In this document: positions 1-8,552 of the stretch, in pieces | Numbering within the stretch: the stretch's first letter is position 1 | Layout: each line of letters begins with the position of its first letter | Program-made: the position numbers and the translations under genes | Origin: an uncultured Acidimicrobiales bacterium | Lineage (GTDB): Bacteria > Actinomycetota > Acidimicrobiia > Acidimicrobiales > UBA8190 | Reading direction: 5' to 3' | Assembly (NCBI GenBank): GCA_963810195.1 | Contig: CAWEMO010000002.1 | Coordinates: 442,824-466,823, forward strand | DNA: 24,000 bases | Notes under the pieces: model-generated | What the model was told of the DNA's origin: nothing | The model's database searches: none | Seen by the model: only the letters and a program-made list of their open reading frames with translations

Positions 1-102
1 GAGGGTGACGTGCAGCGCACCCTCGAGGGGTTGCGGGGCCTCGACGTGGTCGACCACGTGGGCGGGGTCCTGCGCGTGATGGGCGACGAGGAAGGGAGCT
101 GA
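1..102 (+). CDS. hom: Homoserine dehydrogenase, C-terminal end (partial, runs off left edge)
   Basis: Frame 1 reads [33 protein letters not shown] with TGA at 100-102. It resembles the C-terminal ACT-domain tail of homoserine dehydrogenase and lies directly upstream of thrC. Confidence 0.7.
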   Translation, partial: EGDVQRTLEGLRGLDVVDHVGGVLRVMGDEEGS

Positions 103-107
103 CCCCG

Positions 108-1145
108 TTGGCCTGGTCGGGAGTCATCGAGACCTACCGTCCGCTGCTCCCCGTGACGCGCGACACGCCGGTGGTCACGCTGCTCGAAGGGGGTACGCCC
201 CTGCTCGACGCGCCCCGCCTGTCGGCGCGCGTGGGTGCCCGGGTTCTGCTCAAGCTCGAGGGGCAGAACCCAACGGGCTCGTTCAAGGACCGTGGGATGA
301 CCATGGCGATGTCGAAGGCGCTCGAGGAGGGAGCCAAGGCGGTGGTGTGTGCGTCGACCGGCAACACCTCCGCGTCGGCCGCCGCCTACGCGGCGCGTGC
401 GGGCATGACGTGTGCCGTGCTGATCCCCGAGGGACACATCGCCCTGGGCAAGCTGGCCCAGGCACTCGTGCACGGGGCCAAGGTGATCCAGGTGCGGGGC
501 AACTTCGACGAGCTGCTCGCGATGGTCCGTCGTCTGGGGGAGAAGGCTCCGGTGACCGTCGTCAACTCGGTGAACCCGTACCGCATCGAGGGCCAGAAGA
601 CCGGGGCATTCGAAATTGTGGATGCGTTGGGGGACGCGCCCGACGTCCACTGCATCCCGGTCGGCAACGCCGGCAACATCACCGCCTACTGGCGCGGCTA
701 CCTCGAGTACCGGGACGCAGGTCACTCCACCAAGCTCCCGCGCATGTTCGGGTTCCAGGCCGCCGGGTCCGCCCCCATCGTCGAGGGCCATCCCATCGAG
801 CACCCAGAAACGGTGGCCACAGCCATCCGCATCGGGAACCCCGCGTCCTGGTACGGGGCGACGGCGGCCGCGAGCGAGTCGGGCGGCGCCATCGAGGCCG
901 TGACCGACGACGAGATCCTCGCCGCCTACCGGTTCCTGGCCTCGGAGGAGTCGGTGTTCTGCGAGGCGGCGTCGGCGGCGTCGGTCGCCGGGCTGATGAA
1001 AGTGGGTGCTCCGAGCGGCTCCACCGTCGTGTGCGTGCTGACCGGCCACGGCCTCAAGGACCCGGACCTGGCGATCAGCCAGATCTCGGTGCCGACCACC
1101 GTCGAGCTCGACTATGCGGCGGTGCTCGCCGCCGTAGGGCTCTAG
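108..1145 (+). CDS. thrC: Threonine synthase (PLP-dependent)
   Basis: 345 aa ORF with TTG start. PLP-lysine motif region '[22 protein letters not shown]', '[19 protein letters not shown]', and '[16 protein letters not shown]'. Confidence 0.95.
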   Translation: MAWSGVIETYRPLLPVTRDTPVVTLLEGGTPLLDAPRLSARVGARVLLKLEGQNPTGSFKDRGMTMAMSKALEEGAKAVVCASTGNTSASAAAYAARAGMTCAVLIPEGHIALGKLAQALVHGAKVIQVRGNFDELLAMVRRLGEKAPVTVVNSVNPYRIEGQKTGAFEIVDALGDAPDVHCIPVGNAGNITAYWRGYLEYRDAGHSTKLPRMFGFQAAGSAPIVEGHPIEHPETVATAIRIGNPASWYGATAAASESGGAIEAVTDDEILAAYRFLASEESVFCEAASAASVAGLMKVGAPSGSTVVCVLTGHGLKDPDLAISQISVPTTVELDYAAVLAAVGL

Positions 1146-1186
1146 CCGCCTCGCCCCTCGGGCCCCACGCCTACCCCTGCTCGCGT

Positions 1187-1210
1187 CCTCGGCGGCCGCG
1201 TCCTCCGAGG
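1187..1210 (+). other. Inverted repeat CCTCGG-N12-CCGAGG downstream of thrC
   Basis: 6-bp perfect arms (1187-1192 / 1205-1210) 41 bp after the thrC stop. There is no T-tract, so terminator function is unproven. Confidence 0.35.
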
Positions 1211-1277
1211 TCCGGGCCCGCAGCATTCGAGGCCTGACCTCAAGGTGACGGGAACAACCAGGGGGCCGGTGGGGTTG

Positions 1278-1307
1278 TTGCCTACGAGCCCTGGCGTCCG
1301 GTACGAT
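1278..1307 (+). promoter_or_regulatory. Candidate sigma70-like promoter for rho
   Basis: TTGCCT (1278-1283), 18-nt spacer, TACGAT (1302-1307), within the 371-bp thrC-rho gap. Confidence 0.35.
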
Positions 1308-1516
1308 GTATGTACCGCCGCTCGCCAGTATGCTGTAGGCATCGCGGGCGACAGGCAATCGAAGCCGGACTCGCCCAGGCGATATTCCGACGGTGACTTG
1401 GTGGGGGTGGCGGGGGCCTGACGCAAAAGCGCCGGGCGTCTTTACCTTTTGTTCCGTGTCCCTTGGCGTCCGGGCTCACCGAGCCGTAACGGGGACGCAA
1501 CCTAGCGAGGTGACTG

Positions 1517-3340
1517 ATGGCTGCAGAGCAACAGCTCGAGCGGTCCGTACTCGAACGTAAAGAGCGGGAAGAGCTTCGGGCGATCGCCCAGGCGATGTCG
1601 CTCGATACCAACTCGCGCAGCAAGAAGGCCGACATCATCGACCAGATCCTGCGCGCCGCGGGGGTCGAGGTACCGACGGGAAGTGCCAACGGCGGCCCCG
1701 CCGCGCCTGGGCGGACGAAGAGTGCAGGCCGGGGTGCCGCGTCCAACGGCGACGCCGAGGACCTCGAGCTCGAGGCCGGCTCGAGCAACGGTGCCGGGCA
1801 CGGGCTCGAGAGCGCCAACGGCACGGCGCGCGCGTCCGCGTCTGCGTCGGTGTCCTCCTCGTCTCCCGAGTCGTCGGGCTCCTCGGGCGCGTCCCAGGTC
1901 GACGTCTCGGTCTCTCCTGACGAGGCCGACCAGACCTCGGGCGGCTCGGGCCAGTCGACTGGTGACCATGCAGTCGACGGGCACGACGGCGCGGCGCCCG
2001 CGTCGGAGCGGTCGCCCTCGGGGCCTCGCCAGAGTGGCGGGCAGAACCAGAACCGTCAGCACGTCCAGCAAGGTGGCGGCGCCAACGAGCCCGGGAACCG
2101 CCGAGGCCGGCGCCGCAGGGGCCGCGAGCGCGGCGTGTCCGGCGGTGGCGGTGGCGGTGAGCGCGAGCTCCAGGGAGGCGGTCAGGAGGCGCAGTACTCC
2201 GGCGAGCTCATCCCGGTGCGCGGCCTGCTCGACCTGCGCGACGAGGGGTACGGGTTCCTCCGGGCCGAGGGCTACCTGCCGAGCTCCAAGGACGTGTACA
2301 TCTCGATCAGCCAGGCGCGCCGCTTCGCGTTGCGCCGGGGCGACTTCGTCGAGGGGGCGTGCCGTCCGGCAGCGTCGAACGAGAAGTTCCCCGCCCTCAT
2401 CCGCATCGATTCGGTGTGCGGTCTGGCTCCCGACGAGGCCCGGGGCCGCCCGCGCTTCGAGGACCTCACCCCGCTGTTCCCCGACGAGAAGCTCCGGCTC
2501 GAGACGACAGGTGCGGCCGAGGTGACCACGCGGATCATCGACCTGCTCTCGCCCATCGGCAAAGGCCAGAGAGGGATGATCGTCTCACCGCCCAAGGCGG
2601 GCAAGACGACGATCCTGAAGCAGATCGCCCACTCGATCGAGGCGAACAACCCCGAGGTGCACCTCATCGTGCTGCTCGTCGACGAGCGGCCCGAGGAAGT
2701 CACCGACATGCGCCGCTCGGTCAAGGGTGAGGTGGTCGCATCCACCTTCGACCGGCCGTCCGACGAGCACACCGCCATCGCCGAGCTCACCATCGACCGC
2801 GCCAAGCGGCTCGTCGAGCTGGGCAGGGACGTGGTGATCGTGCTCGACGGGATCACGCGCCTCGCCCGGGCCTACAACCTGGCCCAGCCGGCGAGCGGCC
2901 GGATCATGTCCGGTGGCGTCGACTCCGGTGCCCTCTACCCGCCGAAGCGGTTCTTCGGGGCGGCCCGGAACATCGAGGAGGGCGGTTCCCTCACCATCCT
3001 GGCGACCGCGCTGGTGGAGACGGGCTCGAAGATGGACGAGGTCATCTTCGAGGAGTTCAAGGGGACCGGCAACATGGAGCTGCGCCTCGACCGGCGGCTG
3101 GCGGAACGGCGCCTGTACCCGTCGATCGACGTCAACGCCAGCTCCACTCGCCACGAAGAGTTGCTGTTCGAGCGCGGACAGCTCCAGCAGGTCTGGAAGC
3201 TGCGCCGGGTGCTCAATGCGCTCGCCGCCGACGGGAGCGCGGCGGCCGGGCTCGAGCTGCTCATGGACAAGATCCGCAGCACCAAGAGCAACGACGAATT
3301 CCTGGCGGAGATCGCCAAGGGGCCCGCGCCGCCCGTCTGA
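1517..3340 (+). CDS. rho: Transcription termination factor Rho with extended disordered N-terminal region
   Basis: 607 aa. Rho N-terminal domain 'LRAIAQAMSLDTNSRSKKADIIDQIL', RNA-binding domain 'DEGYGFLRAEGYLPSSKDVYISISQARRFALRRGDFVEG', Walker A 'GMIVSPPKAGKTTIL', 'LLVDERPEEVTDM'. Confidence 0.97.
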   Translation: MAAEQQLERSVLERKEREELRAIAQAMSLDTNSRSKKADIIDQILRAAGVEVPTGSANGGPAAPGRTKSAGRGAASNGDAEDLELEAGSSNGAGHGLESANGTARASASASVSSSSPESSGSSGASQVDVSVSPDEADQTSGGSGQSTGDHAVDGHDGAAPASERSPSGPRQSGGQNQNRQHVQQGGGANEPGNRRGRRRRGRERGVSGGGGGGERELQGGGQEAQYSGELIPVRGLLDLRDEGYGFLRAEGYLPSSKDVYISISQARRFALRRGDFVEGACRPAASNEKFPALIRIDSVCGLAPDEARGRPRFEDLTPLFPDEKLRLETTGAAEVTTRIIDLLSPIGKGQRGMIVSPPKAGKTTILKQIAHSIEANNPEVHLIVLLVDERPEEVTDMRRSVKGEVVASTFDRPSDEHTAIAELTIDRAKRLVELGRDVVIVLDGITRLARAYNLAQPASGRIMSGGVDSGALYPPKRFFGAARNIEEGGSLTILATALVETGSKMDEVIFEEFKGTGNMELRLDRRLAERRLYPSIDVNASSTRHEELLFERGQLQQVWKLRRVLNALAADGSAAAGLELLMDKIRSTKSNDEFLAEIAKGPAPPV

Positions 3341-3454
3341 GTGCCGCGGGGTGAGGGCGATCCTGCTCTGACCCCGTAGCCCGCTCGGCTCCCACTCGGC
3401 CGGCTCCCCCGGCCCGCTCGGCTCCGAGGGCGACTCCCCTAGACTGGAGGAACC

Positions 3455-3682
3455 ATGAAGGCTGACATCCACCCCTCCTACGTGGAGTCCAACGTGCGCT
3501 GCTCGTGCGGCAACACGTTCGTGACCCGCTCCACCAAGGCAGAGCTCCACGTGGAGCTGTGCAACGAGTGCCACCCGTTCTTCACCGGAAAGCAGAAGCT
3601 GGTCGACTCCGGTGGCCGGGTCGAGCGCTTCCAGCGGCGTTACGGGCAGCGGGCCTCGCGGTCGCGCGCCAAGCGCAGCTGA
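3455..3682 (+). CDS. rpmE: 50S ribosomal protein L31, zinc-binding (C+) form
   Basis: 75 aa: '[62 protein letters not shown]'. CxC and CxxC are retained, and GGAGG precedes the ATG. Confidence 0.96.
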   Translation: MKADIHPSYVESNVRCSCGNTFVTRSTKAELHVELCNECHPFFTGKQKLVDSGGRVERFQRRYGQRASRSRAKRS

Positions 3683-3771
3683 CGCCAGCTCCGGTCGGCT
3701 CCTGATCGACTGAGCCCGTCCCCGCGCCGGAGACGGCCGGGGGCTTCCGGGCACGTCGGTACCCTGGTGCC

Positions 3772-4851
3772 ATGGACCGCGAGCGCCTCGACGCGTGGGA
3801 GCAGGAGTACCAGGCGGTGCTCGACGCTCTCGGCGACCCTGCGGTCGTAGCCGATCAGGCACGCCTGCGTGACGTGTCGCGCCGCCACAAGGACCTCGAG
3901 GCACTGCTCACCGTGGCGCGCCGGCTCAGCCAAGCCGAAGAGGACATGGCGACCGCCCGCCAGATGTTGAGCGAGGCAACGGGTGAGGACCGCGAGGTCG
4001 TGAACGCCGAGATCGAGCAGGCCGCGGCGGAGACCGCCGAGCTCGAGGAGGAGCTCAGCCTCCTGTTGTTGCCCAAGGACCCCAACGTCGGCCGCAACGT
4101 CATCGTCGAGATCCGTGGTGCCGAGGGCGGCGAAGAGGCGAACCTCTTCGCCAAGGACCTGTTCGAGATGTACCGCCGGTACGCGGAGCGACACGGGTGG
4201 CGCCTGGAGGTCCTCTCCGCAGACCCCTCCGATCGTGACGGGCTCAACGAGGTCACCTTCATGGTGAAAGGCGCCGACGCGTGGACGCGTCTCAAGAACG
4301 AGGGCGGAACCCATCGCGTCCAGCGCGTGCCGGTCACCGAGTCCCAGGGTCGGATCCACACCTCGGCGGCCACGGTCCTGGTGCTCCCCGAAGCCGACGA
4401 GGTCGAGGTGTCCATCGACCCGGCCGACCTGCGGGTCGACGTGTTCCGCTCGACGGGCCCGGGGGGCCAGTCGGTCAACACGACGGACTCCGCGGTGCGC
4501 CTGACGCACCTCCCCACGGGCATCGTCGTCTCCATGCAGGACGAGAAGAGCCAGATCCAGAACCGGGCCCGCGCCCTGCAGGTGCTGCGGGCCCGGCTGC
4601 TCAAGCTCGAGCAGGACCGTGTCGCTGCGCAGCAGTCGGAGCAGCGTCGCAGCCAGGTGGGAGGGGGAAGTCGGTCCGAGAAGATCCGGACCTACAACTT
4701 CAAGGAGAACCGGGTGACCGACCACCGTGTCAAGCTCACGTTGCACAAGCTGGATCGTGTCCTCGAGGGGGACATGGACGAGATCGTGGACGCCCTGCTC
4801 GCCGACGAGCGCGAGCGGGAGATCTCCGTGGCCGCGGCCCGACGCGCGTGA
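3772..4851 (+). CDS. prfA: Peptide chain release factor 1
   Basis: 359 aa with the GGQ motif in 'STGPGGQSVNTTDSAVRLTHLPTGI', plus 'GGTHRVQRVPVTESQGRIHTSAATV'. Confidence 0.96.
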   Translation: MDRERLDAWEQEYQAVLDALGDPAVVADQARLRDVSRRHKDLEALLTVARRLSQAEEDMATARQMLSEATGEDREVVNAEIEQAAAETAELEEELSLLLLPKDPNVGRNVIVEIRGAEGGEEANLFAKDLFEMYRRYAERHGWRLEVLSADPSDRDGLNEVTFMVKGADAWTRLKNEGGTHRVQRVPVTESQGRIHTSAATVLVLPEADEVEVSIDPADLRVDVFRSTGPGGQSVNTTDSAVRLTHLPTGIVVSMQDEKSQIQNRARALQVLRARLLKLEQDRVAAQQSEQRRSQVGGGSRSEKIRTYNFKENRVTDHRVKLTLHKLDRVLEGDMDEIVDALLADEREREISVAAARRA

Positions 4852-5777
4852 GGGCGCGCACGACACGGGATCGGGGCTCGGTGCCGGGTCAGAGCGTGCG
4901 CGCGGTGTTGGAGTGGAGCTCCGAAGCCCTCGGCTCCGAGCGTGAGGCGCGCTGGATCGTGGCGCAGGCCACGGGCATCGCTCCCGGCGACCTCGTGGTG
5001 CGCGGCGAGGCCCCGATGTCGGCCACGATGTGTGCCTCCGTGCAGGACATGGTCGAGCGGCGTGTGTCGGGCGAGCCCCTGCAGTACGTGCTCGGCACGT
5101 GGGCGTTCCGTGGCCTGGAGATCCGCGTCGACGACCGTGCGCTGATCCCGAGGCCCGAGACCGAACAAGTCGTGTCCGTCGCGCTCGGCGAGCTGCGCAG
5201 TCAGGCGACCCGAGTTCGGGAGGGATCGAGACTCGTCGCCGTCGACCTCGGCACCGGCTCGGGGGTGGTCGCGCTGTCCCTGGCGTCGGAATTCGGGTCG
5301 CGGAGCCCGCTGGAGGTGTGGGCCACCGACATCTCGCCGGGCGCACTGGCGCTCGTCGAGGAGAACCTGGCCGCGCTGGCCGGGCGCGACCCGGCGGCGT
5401 CGCGCCGCGTGCGCGTGGCACGGGGCTCGTGGTTCGACGCCCTGCCCCCCCACCTCGCCGGTGAGGTGCGCCTGGTGGTGTCGAACCCTCCGTACGTCTC
5501 GGCCGCGGAGTGGGAGGCGCTCGACCCCGAGGTGCGTGACCACGAACCGGTCGGTGCCCTGGTGCCGGGCCCTACCGGCCTCGAGGCCATCGAGGTGCTC
5601 CTCGACCGATCGCGGCGTTGGCTCGCCCCCGGCGGAAGCCTCGTCGTCGAGTTGGCACCCGGGCAGGCCGCCCCGGTGACGGACAGGGCGACGGAGCTCG
5701 GATACCTGGAGATCGCCATCCTCGACGATCTGGCCGGTCGGCACCGGATCCTCGTGGCGCGTTCGCCGCGACGTTGA
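4848..5777 (+). CDS. prmC: Peptide chain release factor N5-glutamine methyltransferase
   Basis: The 4281-5777 ORF contains PrmC from a GTG at 4848 that overlaps the prfA stop (GTGA). Motifs 'LIPRPETE', 'VDLGTGSGVVALSLA', 'VVSNPPYVSAAEW'. Confidence 0.93.
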   Translation: MRARTTRDRGSVPGQSVRAVLEWSSEALGSEREARWIVAQATGIAPGDLVVRGEAPMSATMCASVQDMVERRVSGEPLQYVLGTWAFRGLEIRVDDRALIPRPETEQVVSVALGELRSQATRVREGSRLVAVDLGTGSGVVALSLASEFGSRSPLEVWATDISPGALALVEENLAALAGRDPAASRRVRVARGSWFDALPPHLAGEVRLVVSNPPYVSAAEWEALDPEVRDHEPVGALVPGPTGLEAIEVLLDRSRRWLAPGGSLVVELAPGQAAPVTDRATELGYLEIAILDDLAGRHRILVARSPRR

Positions 5778-5820
5778 CCGACCGGCGACGGATCCGGCCT
5801 CGCAGCACCTCGGGGGCCGC

Positions 5821-6453
5821 GTGAGCGGCGACGCGGCGCGAGGCCGGTCCCTCGACCTCGAGGACCTCGCAGCCGCGGTGGCCGCGCTCGAGGCCGGGCA
5901 GGTGGTGGCGATCCCGACCGACACCGTCTACGGGCTGGCGGTGGACCCGACCCGTCCCGGCGCGACCGACGCACTGTTCGCGCTGAAGGCCCGACCGGCC
6001 ACGCTCGACCTGCCGGTCCTGGTGGCGTCGATCGGGCAGGCCGAGTCGCTGGCGGGGCCCGACGGCCTGTCTCCGCCGGCCCGGCGCCTCGCGCGCGCCT
6101 TCTGGCCGGGCGCGCTCACCATCGTGGTGCCCCGCCGGGGCGGGCTCGACTGGGACCTCGGTGCCCATTCGCAGACGATCGGCCTGCGGCTCCCGGATCA
6201 CGCCGCGGCGCGGGCGCTGTGCGACGAGGTCGGTGCGCTCGCCACCACGAGCGCCAACGTGCACGGCCAGCCCCCGTGCACCGACGCCGATGCCGTGCTG
6301 CGGGCCTTCCCCTCGGGGGTTGTCGTGGTCGACGGCGGCCGCTGTGCCGGCGCCCCTTCGACCGTCGTCTCCCTGCTCGGCGACGCACCCCGGTGTCTCC
6401 GGGAGGGTGCGGTGGCGTGGACGGAGGTGGTGGTCGCTCTCGGAGGCGACTGA
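5821..6453 (+). CDS. L-threonylcarbamoyladenylate synthase (Sua5/YciO/YrdC/TsaC family)
   Basis: 210 aa with 'VVAIPTDTVYGLAVDP', KxR in 'ALKARP', and 'TTSANVHGQPP'. Single YrdC-type domain. Confidence 0.88.
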   Translation: MSGDAARGRSLDLEDLAAAVAALEAGQVVAIPTDTVYGLAVDPTRPGATDALFALKARPATLDLPVLVASIGQAESLAGPDGLSPPARRLARAFWPGALTIVVPRRGGLDWDLGAHSQTIGLRLPDHAAARALCDEVGALATTSANVHGQPPCTDADAVLRAFPSGVVVVDGGRCAGAPSTVVSLLGDAPRCLREGAVAWTEVVVALGGD

Positions 6454-6542
6454 CGGTCCGCCATCGTGGTCGGCTCCCGCTGTGGCAGGCTCTCGCCCGA
6501 CAAAGCGGCCGTGTCGGCGGCCGGTGAGAAAGGGGGAAACAC

Positions 6543-6953
6543 ATGCCAGCGGACCACGAGGCGGCGGTGCGCGCGTTCTTCGGCGCATGGGTGGAGCGCG
6601 ATCCCGATCGCCTCACGAGCTTCTTCGCCTCTGACGGCACCTGGAGCGAAGCCAACCGCGATGCCGCCAAGGGCCCCGACGAGATCCGGCCGGTCTTCGA
6701 GCTCCAGACGAGCTTCGCCTCGGACTTCTCCTTCGAGTTCAAGCGGCTCGAGGTGGTGGGCGACACGGTGTTCACCGAGCGCGTCGACCGCTTCGTCATC
6801 AACGACATGGACATGGCAGTGCCCGTGGCCGGCATCTTCGAGTTCGACGCCGACGGCCTCATCAGCTCTTGGCGCGACTACTACGACTGGGCGCTTCTGG
6901 AGGCTCAGCTGCTCGCGGCCGGCGTCGACCTCACCGGCGTGGAAGGGATCTAG
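6543..6953 (+). CDS. NTF2-like / limonene-1,2-epoxide hydrolase-like protein
   Basis: 136 aa with 'VVGDTVFTERVDRFVI' and 'GLISSWRDYYDW', similar to the LEH family core motifs. A purine-rich GAAAGGGGG lies upstream of the ATG. Confidence 0.7.
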   Translation: MPADHEAAVRAFFGAWVERDPDRLTSFFASDGTWSEANRDAAKGPDEIRPVFELQTSFASDFSFEFKRLEVVGDTVFTERVDRFVINDMDMAVPVAGIFEFDADGLISSWRDYYDWALLEAQLLAAGVDLTGVEGI

Positions 6954-6963
6954 AGCCGGGCGC

Positions 6964-8484
6964 TCAGCGGAGCCGGGCGCGACCGCCGGCATCCAGGCGA
7001 ACCTTCCGGCCGCACCCCTCGTCCTCCATCAGGCCCACCATGTCGTCGCGGTCGGAGACGGTGCCCCACGTCCGGCGTTCGTCCGCGGTCAGGAGGGCCA
7101 GGATGGCGAGCTCGGGCGCCCCGTCGCGGTCGTGGACGACGGTGTAGGTCTCGATGGTGGCGTCCCCCTCGTATCCCGGAGCCGGCGCGCGCCGGGCCAT
7201 GGCGTCCACCGCCTCCTGCGGGCTGCCGTGGCGGAATCCCGTCGCGGGAGGCGACGTCGACCACAGCCCGACGGCGTGCTTCGTGCTGTACCACCCCAAG
7301 CCGGTGACGAGGCCCAGGGCGCCGGGCGCGGCGCGCAGCCGTCTGGCCATCGTGGCGATGGAGTGGCTGACGTAGTTGTTGCCCGGGCCACCGGCGAACC
7401 CCAGTCCCCCGGTCACCGTGAGCGGCCGGTCGGGGTCGTCGAGCGCAAGCCCCAGCTCGCGGGCGGCGATCTGCACGGCACAGGGGAAGCACGAGTACAG
7501 GTCCACGTGGGCGACATCGTCGATCCCCGCTCCGGCGAGCGACAGGGCGAGGCTCCCGGCCAAACGGATGGCGGGCGACGACCGCAGGTCCTGGCGCTCG
7601 GACAGGAACCAGTGGTCATGGGCGTCGGTTCCCGCCACGGGAAAGACCCACCGGTCCTCGGGCACCCCGGCCTCGCGTGCCGCGCCCACCGAGCACAAGA
7701 TGAGCGCGGCGCCTTGGTCGACGCGGTCGTTGGCGTTCATCAGCTTCGGGTACGGGAACGACACCATCCGGTTGGAGGGTCCCGTCGATCGCACCTCCTC
7801 CGCCGTTCTCGCTCGGGGGGACCACGCGTAGGGGTTGGTCGCCGCCACCGACGAGAAACGCGCCCACAGCTCCGACACCGAGCGCTGGTGCTCCTCGATG
7901 GTCTCGCCCGCGTCGAACCGCAAGGCGTTCTCGAACAGGGGGAAGACCCGCAGGGGGCGGTCGAGCCCCCGGGCCGATTCGACGTCGGTCACCGGGGTGC
8001 GGTCGGTGCCGAGCATCACCGGGCTCGGGGTGTCGTCGGCCTGCGCCGTCCACCCCAGGACGGGGCGTTCGGGGTCGCGCCGGGCGGCGAGGCGCGTGAA
8101 GAGGCACTCGGCCCCGCAGACGAGGGCCACGTCGAGCTCCCCGGCTGCGATCTGGAGCGCGGTGTGGTTGACGACCGTCTGCGGGTTGTTCCCACCGATC
8201 GCCGTGAGCGCCAGCTCCCGGGGAGCGATCCCGAGACGCTCGGACACCAGCAGTCCCGGATTCACGTATCGCCAGCTCAGGGGCACGATCACGCGCAGGG
8301 ACCCCGCCCGTGCCAGCAGTCTCCGCCCCTCGTCGGCGCCGCCGCTGTCCCGGCCGGCGGCGCGCAGCGCCCGCGCCATGAGCTCGACCGGCTCGGGCCG
8401 CTGCGTGAGCGGGACCTCGGGGTCGGGCCGCTGTGTGACCTGTCCGGCCCCCACCAGCACCGGCGTGCGAGGGTCGAGGGCCAC
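6964..8484 (-). CDS. Thiolase-like protein (acetyl-CoA acetyltransferase superfamily) with C-terminal extra domain
   Basis: 506 aa with 'PVLVGAGQVTQRP', 'IAAGELDVALVCGAE', 'HVDLYSCFPCAVQIAA', 'VTGGLGFAGGPGNNYVSHSIATM'. The final ~90-100 aa extend beyond the usual thiolase C-terminus. Confidence 0.82.
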   Translation of the reverse strand: MALDPRTPVLVGAGQVTQRPDPEVPLTQRPEPVELMARALRAAGRDSGGADEGRRLLARAGSLRVIVPLSWRYVNPGLLVSERLGIAPRELALTAIGGNNPQTVVNHTALQIAAGELDVALVCGAECLFTRLAARRDPERPVLGWTAQADDTPSPVMLGTDRTPVTDVESARGLDRPLRVFPLFENALRFDAGETIEEHQRSVSELWARFSSVAATNPYAWSPRARTAEEVRSTGPSNRMVSFPYPKLMNANDRVDQGAALILCSVGAAREAGVPEDRWVFPVAGTDAHDHWFLSERQDLRSSPAIRLAGSLALSLAGAGIDDVAHVDLYSCFPCAVQIAARELGLALDDPDRPLTVTGGLGFAGGPGNNYVSHSIATMARRLRAAPGALGLVTGLGWYSTKHAVGLWSTSPPATGFRHGSPQEAVDAMARRAPAPGYEGDATIETYTVVHDRDGAPELAILALLTADERRTWGTVSDRDDMVGLMEDEGCGRKVRLDAGGRARLR

Positions 8485-8552
8485 GGCGCCGAGCGTACCG
8501 GTCGGCTCCGCGTGCCCCCGGGCCGGCGCGAGGGCCTCGGTATGCTTCGCCC

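Noticed and set aside
4281-4847. Upstream extension of the prmC ORF inside prfA
   Set aside because: PrmC homology begins after 4848. The extension is an open frame inside prfA because of GC bias.
3640-5421. 593-aa minus-strand ORF antisense to prfA/prmC
   Set aside because: Shadow ORF; the plus strand encodes intact RF1 and PrmC with all motifs.
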